Below are positions 1 to 9,303 of a stretch of 64,000 nt of DNA, piece by piece (the first letter of the stretch is position 1; each line of letters starts with the position of its first letter). The position numbers were made by a program, and so were the translations under genes. The DNA comes from an uncultured Acidobacteriota bacterium (GTDB taxonomy: Bacteria; Acidobacteriota; Polarisedimenticolia; J045). The notes under the pieces were generated by a model. That model saw only the letters and a list, made by a program, of their open reading frames with translations. It was not told the DNA's origin and ran no database searches. The DNA is taken from assembly GCA_963702425.1 (NCBI GenBank), contig CAVPCQ010000028.1:35990-99989 (forward strand). Direction: 5' to 3'.

Positions 1-2090
1 TGCTTCTTCGGGAAGCTGGTCGAGCTGGACCCGCGGATCCGGATCCCCGCCGGCCCCACGAAGTCGGGCTGGTCGGTCATCGTCGCTCGCCCGGCGGTCG
101 TGTCGATCACGCTGGTGAGCGTCTCGGTGAGCCAGTCCTGGGCGATCCCGGCCCCGAAGGTGTGGACCACCACGATCGGCAGGTTGGAGTTGAACGCCGC
201 CGCGGAGGGGTCGAGCTTGGCGTACAGGCGCGAGACCAGCGGGCCGGGGGCCAGGCCGGGCTGGAACACGCGGGCCCGCACGCGCATCGAGGTGTTGATC
301 GCGATCGGGCCGGAGTAGACCGTCCCGTTGGTCTCGGTCGGGTCGGTCCCGTTGGTCGTGTAGCGGATCACGCCGTCCGGCGCGAGGCAGCTCAGCGTCA
401 GCGAGAAGTCACTCGTGAAGGTCGCGCTGGCGTGGGAGAACAGGGGGACGGCGGAAACGCCCGGGTAGCCGGCGTAGCGGTTGACCTTCCCGGGCGTCGG
501 GGTGGTGAAGTACCGTGGCGCGCCGGGATCGAACGCCGCCCCGATCGACTGCAGGTCGGGGAGTACGAGAAAGTCCGGGTCGGCCGCGGCGTCGTTGAGG
601 GCGTGCAGGGCCAGGACGTTGGTTCCCGGCTGAAGCAGGCCGACCGCGCCGGTCAGGTCGATCCGCTCGGGGACGGTGGCGCTCTCGATCGGCCGGTCGG
701 CCGCCGCCGCCGCGTCCCACGCGGCCGGCGAGGGCGCGTTCCGGAGCGCGACCTCCTCCCCGTTGAGGTAGGCGACGAAGCCGTCCTCGTACTCCATGCG
801 CAGGATCAGCAGCCCCAGGCTCGACGGGTCGGCCACCTCGAAGTCCAGCCGCGCCCAGAGCGAGGAGTTCACGCCGCGCATGGCGGCGCCGAGGTCGGTC
901 GCGATCTCGGAGATCAGGCCGTTGACCGCCAGCCCGCCGTTCGCGGTGTCGCCGACCAGGTCGAAAGCCCCGGAGTTCCAGCTCGTGTACGCCCCCGGCG
1001 CCGCGAACAGCTCCAGCTCCGAGCCGCCGCCGCGCTCGTACATGACCAGGCGCAGCCGGTACGGCCCGGGCGCGGTGACGTTGAAGGTGGCCAGGGTGTC
1101 GCTCGCGCCCCGCTGGCCGGGGAAGGCGGATTCGAAGACGTCCGGCTCGCGGGTCAGTTGCAGGCTGTAGCCGTCGTCGCTGTTGACGCCGAAGGTCCAC
1201 GGTCCCGCCGTGGGGATGATCACGTGGCCGGTGACCAGGACGACGAAGTCGTTGACGTCGACCCCGATCGTGGTGCCGGGGAAGGGACGGTCGCCCGTGT
1301 AGTGGGCCGCGCTGCCGGTGTTGAGGTAGTTGACCACGGACGCGGTCTCGGTCGCGACGCTGCTCTGCATCGCGGGGTCATCGATGACCGCCTCGGCCGT
1401 GGCGAGGTCGTTGACCGGGATGCTGGCCTTGTACCAGGTGACGGTGAAGCCGGTCGTCGTGTTTCCGGCGAAGCCGAGGCCCGTGGGCCCGGTCGGCCAT
1501 GCGGCGTCGTCGAAGAACGGCGCCGCCCAGTCGTCGCCGAGCGCGCTGTCGTCGGCAGTCGGCACGTGCCAGGAGGCGGTCGAGCCCCTCGCCAGGTACT
1601 GCGTCGCGGACTGCTCGAAGCCGTACGAGGTGTCCCTGACCTGGGCGGGATACTGCGGTGCGAACTCCTGCGCGATCGTCGTCCCGTCCGGCTTGACCAG
1701 CGCGAGGTACTCGCCGGCCGCGTCGAGCTTGAAGCTCGCGTGGAGCGTCTGGCCCGCGACCGCACGGTTCTTGCCGGAGGCGAAGACGACGAGCGAGTCG
1801 CCCCGCGCCAGCGTGACCGCGGGGAAGCGCCACTTCGTGAGGTCGTCCGGGTCGTCGGTCAGCGACCAGCCCGCGAGGCTGACGCTGGGAAGGCAGGGGT
1901 TGTACACCTCGATCCAGTCGGTGTACTCCCCGTCGTCGTCGACCAGCGTGTGGTCGTTGGCCGCCATGAACTCGCTGATCACCAGCTCGACGCCGGGGTC
2001 GCACGCCGCTCCGGCGTCGGACACCGGGACGAGCAAGACCGTCGCCGCCAGGAGGGCGGCGCCCAGGGCACTTCGCATCGACATGAGCAT
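1..2090 (-). CDS. Secreted lamin-tail-domain / PA14 / CotH-kinase family protein (C-terminus beyond window edge)
   Basis: Manual translation from ATG at 2090: signal peptide MLMSMRSALGAALLAATVLLVP, LTD motif VISEFMAAN...DWIEVYN, PA14-like FVVLVTGHVIIPTAGPWTFGVNSDDG, and CotH N-terminal motif GIRIRGSSSTSFPKK at the edge in the same frame. Absent from the ORF track because no stop lies in the window. Confidence 0.85.
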   Translation of the reverse strand, partial: MLMSMRSALGAALLAATVLLVPVSDAGAACDPGVELVISEFMAANDHTLVDDDGEYTDWIEVYNPCLPSVSLAGWSLTDDPDDLTKWRFPAVTLARGDSLVVFASGKNRAVAGQTLHASFKLDAAGEYLALVKPDGTTIAQEFAPQYPAQVRDTSYGFEQSATQYLARGSTASWHVPTADDSALGDDWAAPFFDDAAWPTGPTGLGFAGNTTTGFTVTWYKASIPVNDLATAEAVIDDPAMQSSVATETASVVNYLNTGSAAHYTGDRPFPGTTIGVDVNDFVVLVTGHVIIPTAGPWTFGVNSDDGYSLQLTREPDVFESAFPGQRGASDTLATFNVTAPGPYRLRLVMYERGGGSELELFAAPGAYTSWNSGAFDLVGDTANGGLAVNGLISEIATDLGAAMRGVNSSLWARLDFEVADPSSLGLLILRMEYEDGFVAYLNGEEVALRNAPSPAAWDAAAAADRPIESATVPERIDLTGAVGLLQPGTNVLALHALNDAAADPDFLVLPDLQSIGAAFDPGAPRYFTTPTPGKVNRYAGYPGVSAVPLFSHASATFTSDFSLTLSCLAPDGVIRYTTNGTDPTETNGTVYSGPIAINTSMRVRARVFQPGLAPGPLVSRLYAKLDPSAAAFNSNLPIVVVHTFGAGIAQDWLTETLTSVIDTTAGRATMTDQPDFVGPAGIRIRGSSSTSFPKK

Positions 2091-2290
2091 TCCCCCCGGA
2101 ATCGCCAGCCGGCCGGGTCTTTTCCCCGGCGAACTTGCCAGTTAATGATACGCCGACCGGTCCCGAGGGGAGCCGATTCGTGGAAAGGCCCGCGCCGGTT
2201 CGTTTTTCGCCGGTTCAGTCCGCAGCCCCGGGCCCCCCCGGGGGGGGGTGGGGGGTAGAGCCCCGTGCGGGACACCGGTAGAGTCGCCCG

Positions 2291-3331
2291 GTGACTCGGG
2301 CTCGCGGGTTCAGCGTAGTTGTCCTCGTTGCGTCGATGGCCGCAGCGGCCGCCTGGCTTCCGGCGTTCGCCGCCAAGACCGACATCGTCGTGCTGAAGAA
2401 CGGTGACCGGCTCACCGGGGAGATCAAAAAGCTCGAGCGCGGTTACCTCACCTTCAAGACCGACGACATCGGGACGCTCAGCGTCGAGTGGGAGGATGTC
2501 GCCGAGGTCATGGCGAACACCAGTTTCGAGGTCGACGATCGGCAGGGCGGGATCTACTTCGGTACGCTGCAGCCGGGCCCGGGCGAGGGGCAGCTCTCCA
2601 TCGTCGGCCTGATGGGCCGCCAGGTCGTCGAGATGGCCGACGTCTTCCACATCCTGCGCCTGGGGAGTTCCTTCTGGGAGGGCGTGGACGGCTCGATCAA
2701 CGCCGGCCTGAGCTACACGAGCGCGGGCAGGCTGGGCACCCTCGACATCTTCGTCGACACGGTCTTCAAGCGTCCGTCCTACGAGGTCGGCTTCACGTTC
2801 ACCTCGACGCTCACCCGGCAGCCGGAGGTCGAAGACACGCGGCGCAACGACCTGACGATGAACTACATCCATCGCTATCCCGACCGGTGGCTCGCTTTCG
2901 GTCTCGCCGAACTGGAGCAGAACCGCGCGCTGGGGATCGACCTGCGGGCCTCGATCGCCGGCGGCGGCGGCCGGTTCCTCGTCCAGACCCCGCACAGCGA
3001 GCTGCTGCTCGGGGTCGGCCTCAACCTGAACCGCGAGGTCCCGGTCGAAGAGCCGCCCAGCGACAACGTCGAGCTGATGATCCCGCTGCGCTACGACAAG
3101 TTCGCCTATGACTTCCCCAAGATCGACATCTATGTGGGTTTCGTGACCTATGTTGGCCTCACCGACTGGGGACGCGTCCGCGCGGAGCTCAACCTGCGCC
3201 TGGCACGAGAGCTGTTCAAGGACTTCAGTGCGTCGCTGATCGGCTGGGAGAGCTACGACAGCCGCCCCCCGACGGTCGACGGGCCGAACCACGACTACGG
3301 CGCGACGTTCACGCTGGGGTGGACCTTCTGA
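2291..3331 (+). CDS. DUF481-family outer-membrane beta-barrel protein
   Basis: Signal peptide, N-terminal DIVVLKNGDRLTGEIK motif, alternating beta-strand pattern, C-terminal LGWTF beta-signal. Confidence 0.8.
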   Translation: MTRARGFSVVVLVASMAAAAAWLPAFAAKTDIVVLKNGDRLTGEIKKLERGYLTFKTDDIGTLSVEWEDVAEVMANTSFEVDDRQGGIYFGTLQPGPGEGQLSIVGLMGRQVVEMADVFHILRLGSSFWEGVDGSINAGLSYTSAGRLGTLDIFVDTVFKRPSYEVGFTFTSTLTRQPEVEDTRRNDLTMNYIHRYPDRWLAFGLAELEQNRALGIDLRASIAGGGGRFLVQTPHSELLLGVGLNLNREVPVEEPPSDNVELMIPLRYDKFAYDFPKIDIYVGFVTYVGLTDWGRVRAELNLRLARELFKDFSASLIGWESYDSRPPTVDGPNHDYGATFTLGWTF

Positions 3332-5871
3332 GGCGTGACCCCGGCGGCCCCCCGGCCGCTCGCGGGCGATTCCAGGACCTCGAACAGCGCCGCCGCCAGC
3401 GGCGTCCGCAGCGTCAGCCTCTCCGGCGCGCGGGTGATGTCGCCGGGCGCCGGCACCCCGTCGCGCAGCACGATCGCCTCGGGCGTCCAGCTCCCGCGGA
3501 AGACCAGCTCCAGCGACTCCGACGCGCCGGCGCGGAGCGTCGATCCGGTCAGGTCGATCGAGCCGGGGCCGTGGCGCACGTCGAGCCGATGGCCGCGGTA
3601 GACGACGCTCCGCACCCCCATTTCGTCGAGCGACGGTGGCCGCGACGGCGCGATCCGCAGCAGCCCCGGCGCGTTCGACTCGATCCCCAGCCACGCGACC
3701 GGCCACGCCGCGGGGACCAGCATGTTCTCGACGAACTCGCAGTCCAGGCCGATCCCTCCCGGGACGCCGCACCCCTGCAGCGCGCCCAGTTCGGGGTGGG
3801 CGGCGTAGTAGTCGCGGTAGAAGTTCGCGCCGCGGCCGCCGAACTCGCGCACGGTGCGGTGGTGGTCGAGCATCCGGGACCAGACCGCCCACGCGCCGGC
3901 GACGTCGCCGTAGCGCAGCCGCCCCTGCACGTCGAAGAAGGTCGTGTGGAGCGAGCTGCCGCCGTCCTCGACCTGGCCGTCGAACGGCACGGTCCAGCCG
4001 CTCCAGCCCCAGATCCAGTCGAAGGCGTTGCGCCGCGCGTTGGCTCGCGCGGCGAAGCGGCTGGCGTAGAGGTCCGCGCCGGTCGAGGTGTCGCCGGCGA
4101 CGGCGCGCGTCCCGTCGAGCCATTCGAGGATCGAGCGCGCCTCGGTCGCGTCGGGAATCCCCGCCGCGAGCGCCTCGAGGTTGGCGTGCACCGCGCCGTA
4201 GTCCCGGAGAACCCCGTCCGCCCCGCGCCAGGTCGCGTAGCGGGCGGACAGCGGGTCCCAGAACTCGGCGCGGATCGCGGCGCGCACCGACGGGAGGCGC
4301 GCGCGCAGCGACGCCGCGGTCTCGGCGTAGGGAATCGTCGATGAGCCGTCGGGTCCGAGCACGGTCGGCTTCGGGGAGTCGTACGCCGGGTTGAGCTCGA
4401 TCCAGGCTTCGAGCTCCGCCATGGCGGCGAGCGCCGTGTAGAAGCGGACCGCCGCCAGCAGGTCGCGCGGCCCGGTGGTGACGATGTCGAACCAGTTGTT
4501 GGGGAGCCCGTGGCCGACGCGGGGCTGGTTGATGCCGGCCCAGCCCACCCCGTCGTGGCCGGTGAACCAGGCGTGATCGGGCAGGTTCAGCTCGTTGCCG
4601 CGCATGTGGGTCAGCATGAACTGCGTCGCCTGGCGCAGGCGCGGCAGCTGGTCGGCGAGGTACCCGGTGTCCCCGTCCCAGAAAAACTTGCGCGCCACCG
4701 CGCGGATGAAGATCGGGTTGTTGATCGATTCGCGCGTGTCGTAGTCCAGGCGCAGGAAGTTGAGCCGCCAGCTCGCCGTGCGGGGTGTCGTGGTCTCGAG
4801 CGGATCCAGGCGCACGCGGGTGATCGTCTGGCCGCTCCACCCGGGGTGCAGGTGCATCGGCAGGTGGAAGGTCGCGAGCGTGCCTCCCGCGGCGAACGGA
4901 CCGGCCGGGGTGAGCGGGAAGCTGTCCGAGGTCACGCTCCGCTCGAGCGACCAGGTGGGCGCGTCCGCGGTCTGCCAGTAGAAGCGCCAGGTGCGCTCGC
5001 CTGGCTGGGCGAAGAGGTCGATCCGGTCGTACTGGATCTCGAAGTCGACGAACGGCGCCTGGAACGCGTCGACGGCGATCGCCGGGGAGATCAGCCGGGG
5101 GTCGGCTTTCGTGGTGCTGCCGTACCACTCGCCGTCGTGGGCCGAGTCGTTCTTCGCGTTGACGAGCGTCCACCCCTCGGCATCGGACGCGTTCCACTCC
5201 CATCCGGCGGAGTGGCCTTGGCTGTCGGCGTAGGTCGGGAAGGCCCAGCCCTGCCGGAAGCAGCAGTTGGGCGCCGCGGTCGGCGGCTCGGGGCCCGCGC
5301 CGCCCGAGAAGTAGTAGCCGAACTTGTCGACCGGGATGACGGCGGTCATGTACGCGAAGAACCAGACGCGCTCGTCGAGCGGGTAGTTGAGCGGCGAGTA
5401 GTCGTGCCAGAGCAGCTCGTCGACCTCCCAGTCCCGCCAGAGCGTGACCGTCCAGTTGGCGGGGTTCGCGGAGTCCGCCCGCCGGAGGCTGTCGTCGGCG
5501 TACTCCGCGCGCGCGTGCCGGACGAAGAGGTCATTGAGCAGGTCGTCATGGGCGGCGTCGGACGAGTAGAACTGTGGCCAGCGCGGGAGGACCTGGTAGA
5601 AGAACGCCGCGCCGGTCGGTGGCACGTCGACGGCGGCGCGTTCGCGGGTGAGAGCAATGCGGTGCGCCGCATCGGCCGAGACGATGCGGGGATCGGCCGC
5701 GCGGAAGACTTCGAATCCAGGCCGGGCCCCGCTCCACTCGAGAACGATCTCGCCGGGCGAGGCGCCGCGGCGTACCGACAGCTCGATCCCGTCCCCAGGT
5801 GCGGCGCGCGCGCCGGCTGCGGACAGCAGGATGGCCGTGCAAAGAGCGGTCGCGAGCCGACCAGCGGGCAT
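3295..5871 (-). CDS. Secreted putative glycoside hydrolase, (alpha/alpha)6-barrel type with GH65-like C-terminal domain
   Basis: Start moved to ATG 5871 (GGGAGG RBS, signal peptide MPAGRLATALCTAILLSAAGARA). Trp/Asp-rich body, C-terminal LRIAPSRPPSLDEMGVRSVVYRG. Overlaps the 3' end of the DUF481 gene by 37 bp. Confidence 0.6.
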   Translation of the reverse strand: MPAGRLATALCTAILLSAAGARAAPGDGIELSVRRGASPGEIVLEWSGARPGFEVFRAADPRIVSADAAHRIALTRERAAVDVPPTGAAFFYQVLPRWPQFYSSDAAHDDLLNDLFVRHARAEYADDSLRRADSANPANWTVTLWRDWEVDELLWHDYSPLNYPLDERVWFFAYMTAVIPVDKFGYYFSGGAGPEPPTAAPNCCFRQGWAFPTYADSQGHSAGWEWNASDAEGWTLVNAKNDSAHDGEWYGSTTKADPRLISPAIAVDAFQAPFVDFEIQYDRIDLFAQPGERTWRFYWQTADAPTWSLERSVTSDSFPLTPAGPFAAGGTLATFHLPMHLHPGWSGQTITRVRLDPLETTTPRTASWRLNFLRLDYDTRESINNPIFIRAVARKFFWDGDTGYLADQLPRLRQATQFMLTHMRGNELNLPDHAWFTGHDGVGWAGINQPRVGHGLPNNWFDIVTTGPRDLLAAVRFYTALAAMAELEAWIELNPAYDSPKPTVLGPDGSSTIPYAETAASLRARLPSVRAAIRAEFWDPLSARYATWRGADGVLRDYGAVHANLEALAAGIPDATEARSILEWLDGTRAVAGDTSTGADLYASRFAARANARRNAFDWIWGWSGWTVPFDGQVEDGGSSLHTTFFDVQGRLRYGDVAGAWAVWSRMLDHHRTVREFGGRGANFYRDYYAAHPELGALQGCGVPGGIGLDCEFVENMLVPAAWPVAWLGIESNAPGLLRIAPSRPPSLDEMGVRSVVYRGHRLDVRHGPGSIDLTGSTLRAGASESLELVFRGSWTPEAIVLRDGVPAPGDITRAPERLTLRTPLAAALFEVLESPASGRGAAGVTPQKVHPSVNVAP

Positions 5872-5953
5872 CCGGCAGAACCTCCCACGCGAACATATAC
5901 GACGATCAGGGTGTCGATGGGACGGGGAGAACTGCAGGAGCCGACGCGCCCGC

Positions 5954-7720
5954 TCAGTCCCGGAGGAAGCGCTTCGCGCGGTCATAGGGGATGACACTGA
6001 AGATCTCCCCCGACCTCAGCCTGTCCTTCAGCCCCGTCCAAAACCGCAGGGTGAACAGGTCGCCGTGGGTCGACCGGAACACTCCCTTGAGCGGCTTCGG
6101 AATACCGGAGTAGCGCTCCATCTCGTCGAGGAAGAAGTCGTCCTCCCCGACCACGATCCAGTCCTCCTCGGGGCGGTCGAGCTCCACCTCGTCGCGCGGC
6201 ACGGGCTTCTCGCGGATGCTGATCCGCTCCATCGGGAGCACGTCGTCGTAGTCGTACAGCACGACCCGCCCCCAGTGCGTGACCCCGTAGTTCCAGGTGT
6301 TGAACAGGTCGGCCGGGAAGACGCCGCTGGAGGCGATGTCCTTGAGGAACCAGCCGAAATCGATCAGCACGCGCCGGATCGCCTCGGGGTCCTTCTCGCG
6401 CTGGAAGTAGAACGGCAGCGGGATCACCCGCCGCTGCACGTACACGTGCCGGATGACGACGTAGTTGTCGGTGATCTCGACGCCCTCTCTTGCGGCGAGC
6501 ACGAACTCCCGGAGGAGCGCCTTCGAGAAGCGCTTTCTCCGGAAGCGGAGGTTCTCGAACTCCTGCGTGTCGACCATGCGGCCGGCTCGGTCCCGGTGGG
6601 CCACGAAGTCGTACTGCTTCCGGACCTGCTCCTTCGTGATCGTCTTGGTCGTCTGGTTGCTGGACCGCAGGAAGCATGGCCGATCCTTGATGACCTTCAG
6701 GACGGAGTCGTAGTTCGGGAGCGTGAAGGCGATCATCACCGCTCCCTCGAGGCCGGGGGCAATGTCGAACTGCTCTTTCGAGACGTGCACGAACCGGTGC
6801 AGGTCGCGGTAGAACTCCGTCTTGCCGTGTCGGTTGTAGCCGAGGGCGGTGAACAGCTCCGCCATGTCGGCGCGGGGGATGATCGTGTGTAGGAAGTGGA
6901 TCAGCGCGTCGTAACGCTCGACGTCGACGAAGAAGTAGGAGTACGCGAAACTGAACACGATGCTGGCGTCGGCCTCGTGCAGTAGGACGGTGTCGGCGTA
7001 GACCCCGCCGTCGCCGTGGACCAGCGGGATCAGCAGGGGGATGGGACGCTCGTCGACGAGGATGCGGCCGACGATGTAGGCTTCCTTGCGCCGGTAGAAG
7101 ACCGCCGTCACGACCTCGATCGTGCACGAGCCCTCGGTGCCGATGAGCGGCCAAAGGCACAGGTCGATCTCCTGCGCGATCAGCCGGGCATCGCGGTCGA
7201 TGTCCTCGTAGGGGACGCCCAGCTCCACGTCGCCGAGGAGGGTCCGAACGAGCGACGCCGTGTCGCCGGAACTGGCATAGGTGCGGACGACGTCGGCGGA
7301 GTCGTGAGGGGTGACGGGCTTGGGGTGCAGGTGGAAGAACTCGACTTCGCGATCGATGCCGACGGTCGACAGCATCCTGCGCGTGACGGAGTTGTAGAAG
7401 GTCTCGGCGCGCTCGACGTCGTAGCGGTGCGCGACGAGGCCGGCGAAACGGGTCTTGGCCGCGACCCACAGGGCCGGGGAGAGCGTCCTCGGGCCCAGGG
7501 TGGCGTCGAGCCAGGTTTCAGCGAGGTCCAGCGCGCGCTCATAAAGATCGAACCGCTCGGTGGCGTCGCGGCGGCCCCCGGCCCAGTCGCGCTCCCGGAA
7601 GCGTCGCTGGGCGCGGCGGGTCAGGACCTGGAAGATGGCATTGAACCAGTTGAAGGCGCTCAGGGTGAGCGTCGCGGCGCGATCGGCAGACTCGTCGGCG
7701 ACCATCGGCTGCCCCGGCAC
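5954..7720 (-). CDS. aceK: Isocitrate dehydrogenase kinase/phosphatase AceK family
   Basis: Motifs GYNRHGKTEFYRDL, IAPGLEGAVMIAFTLP, VLKVIKD, DRAGRMVDTQEF, GRVVLYDYDD; 588 aa. Confidence 0.9.
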   Translation of the reverse strand: MPGQPMVADESADRAATLTLSAFNWFNAIFQVLTRRAQRRFRERDWAGGRRDATERFDLYERALDLAETWLDATLGPRTLSPALWVAAKTRFAGLVAHRYDVERAETFYNSVTRRMLSTVGIDREVEFFHLHPKPVTPHDSADVVRTYASSGDTASLVRTLLGDVELGVPYEDIDRDARLIAQEIDLCLWPLIGTEGSCTIEVVTAVFYRRKEAYIVGRILVDERPIPLLIPLVHGDGGVYADTVLLHEADASIVFSFAYSYFFVDVERYDALIHFLHTIIPRADMAELFTALGYNRHGKTEFYRDLHRFVHVSKEQFDIAPGLEGAVMIAFTLPNYDSVLKVIKDRPCFLRSSNQTTKTITKEQVRKQYDFVAHRDRAGRMVDTQEFENLRFRRKRFSKALLREFVLAAREGVEITDNYVVIRHVYVQRRVIPLPFYFQREKDPEAIRRVLIDFGWFLKDIASSGVFPADLFNTWNYGVTHWGRVVLYDYDDVLPMERISIREKPVPRDEVELDRPEEDWIVVGEDDFFLDEMERYSGIPKPLKGVFRSTHGDLFTLRFWTGLKDRLRSGEIFSVIPYDRAKRFLRD

Positions 7721-7721
7721 G

Positions 7722-9110
7722 CTAGCCGAACCGGTCGAGGAGCTCGGCCTTGAACGCGTCGTAGTCGACCGCCATCCGCCCGAAGCTCTCGGGACGATCC
7801 TCGATCCCGGCTAGGCTCGGCGGCGGCTCGGGGTCGATCCCGATCAGCGCTCGGATCTCCTCGGGGAACTTCGCGGGATGGGCGGTCTCGATCGCCACCG
7901 CGAGGGGCGGGTCGGCGGAGTCGGCCGGGCCCGGCTCGTCCATCCGCTCGAGGAAGCGCGAGAGCCCCGCCCAGCCGACCGCGCCGTGCGGCTCGAGCAC
8001 GACGCCCCAGCGCTGCCAGGCGTCGCGGATCGTCGCTCGCGTCTCGTCGTCCGAAACGCTTACCGCAAAGAAATCGCGGCGCATGCGTTCCATGTCCGGC
8101 GGCTCCCGGAGCAGCCCCGTTTCGTCCATCCAGCCACCGTAGAGGTCGACGAGCCGCGCGAGGTTCGACGGGTGACCGACGTTCATCGCGTTGGAGATGC
8201 AGGTCAGGGAGGGGACGATCTTCTCGTAGCGCCCCGTGGTCAGGAAGCGCGGGACCTCGTCGTTGGCGTTGGTGGCGATCACGAGGCGCCGGACCGGCAG
8301 CCCCATCCGCCAGGCGATGACGCCACCCATCATGTCGCCGAAGTTCCCGGAGGGGACGCTGAAGACGATCGGCTCGCCGTCAACGACCGCGGCCAGGCGC
8401 AGGTAGGCGTAGACGTAGTAGACGGCCTGCGGGAGCAGCCGCCCGATGTTGATCGAGTTGGCCGAGCTCAGCCGCAGGCCGCTCAGCGCCGGGTCGGAGA
8501 AGGCGCGCTTGACCAATGCCTGGCAGTCGTCGAACTTGCCGTCCAGTGCCCAGGTGGTGACGTTGCGGCCGAGCGTCGTCATCTGCTTGCGCTGCCGCGT
8601 CGAGACCTCGTCGATCGGGAAGAGCACGACGCTGTGCATGCGCGGCACGCCGCAGTAGGCGTGTGCCACGGCACTGCCGGTATCGCCGGAGGTCGCGGTC
8701 AGGATGATCAGCTCGGCGTCCTCGGCGCGGTTCAGCTCGCCCATCCAGCGGGCCATCATCCGCGCGGCGAAGTCCTTGAACGAGGCGGTCGGGCCCCGGT
8801 CGAGCCGCATGAGGTACCGCCGTTGCGTGACGTGTTCCAGCGGTATGTCGAAGTCGTAGGCGTCCGCGCACAGCTCGGCCAGGCGCGCGTCGTCGATCAC
8901 CCCGCCGGTGAAGCGCCGGAGCACGGCGTGCGCGATCTCGGGATAGCTGCGCCCGACGAGCGCGGAGAGCTCCGCGCGGGAGAAGACCGGGATCGCGGAG
9001 GGGAGGTAGAGGCCGCGATCGGGAGCCTGACCCAGGAGCAAGGCCTCGCGCAGCGTCACCGGCGGCGCGCTGCGGTTGGTGCTGGTGAAAGGAAGCGGCG
9101 ATGAGGCCAC
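7722..9110 (-). CDS. thrC: Threonine synthase
   Basis: APDRGLYLP, GPTASFKD (PLP lysine), ATSGDTG, SANSINIGRL, VPSGNFG, TAHPAKF. Confidence 0.95.
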   Translation of the reverse strand: MASSPLPFTSTNRSAPPVTLREALLLGQAPDRGLYLPSAIPVFSRAELSALVGRSYPEIAHAVLRRFTGGVIDDARLAELCADAYDFDIPLEHVTQRRYLMRLDRGPTASFKDFAARMMARWMGELNRAEDAELIILTATSGDTGSAVAHAYCGVPRMHSVVLFPIDEVSTRQRKQMTTLGRNVTTWALDGKFDDCQALVKRAFSDPALSGLRLSSANSINIGRLLPQAVYYVYAYLRLAAVVDGEPIVFSVPSGNFGDMMGGVIAWRMGLPVRRLVIATNANDEVPRFLTTGRYEKIVPSLTCISNAMNVGHPSNLARLVDLYGGWMDETGLLREPPDMERMRRDFFAVSVSDDETRATIRDAWQRWGVVLEPHGAVGWAGLSRFLERMDEPGPADSADPPLAVAIETAHPAKFPEEIRALIGIDPEPPPSLAGIEDRPESFGRMAVDYDAFKAELLDRFG

Positions 9111-9303
9111 GCGGCGCTCCTCGAAACGGCAGGCGTACCCGGGGGGCGGGGAGTGCGACCGAGGCTACGCCCGGCGAACCGCGTCCCGCAACCGCGACAG
9201 CCGGTCCCGTTGTCCGCCCTCTGGCGGCGGGTGTATGTTGCCGATGTCCACATTGCCGCAACCCGCTCAGCCGCCCCGGACGCACTCTTCACGGAGATCC
9301 GCC

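Noticed and set aside
9111-9303. SAM or SAH riboswitch between thrC and the Met/Cys enzyme
   Set aside because: The GAGGAGCG match is the thrC RBS, and I could not see the remaining aptamer elements.
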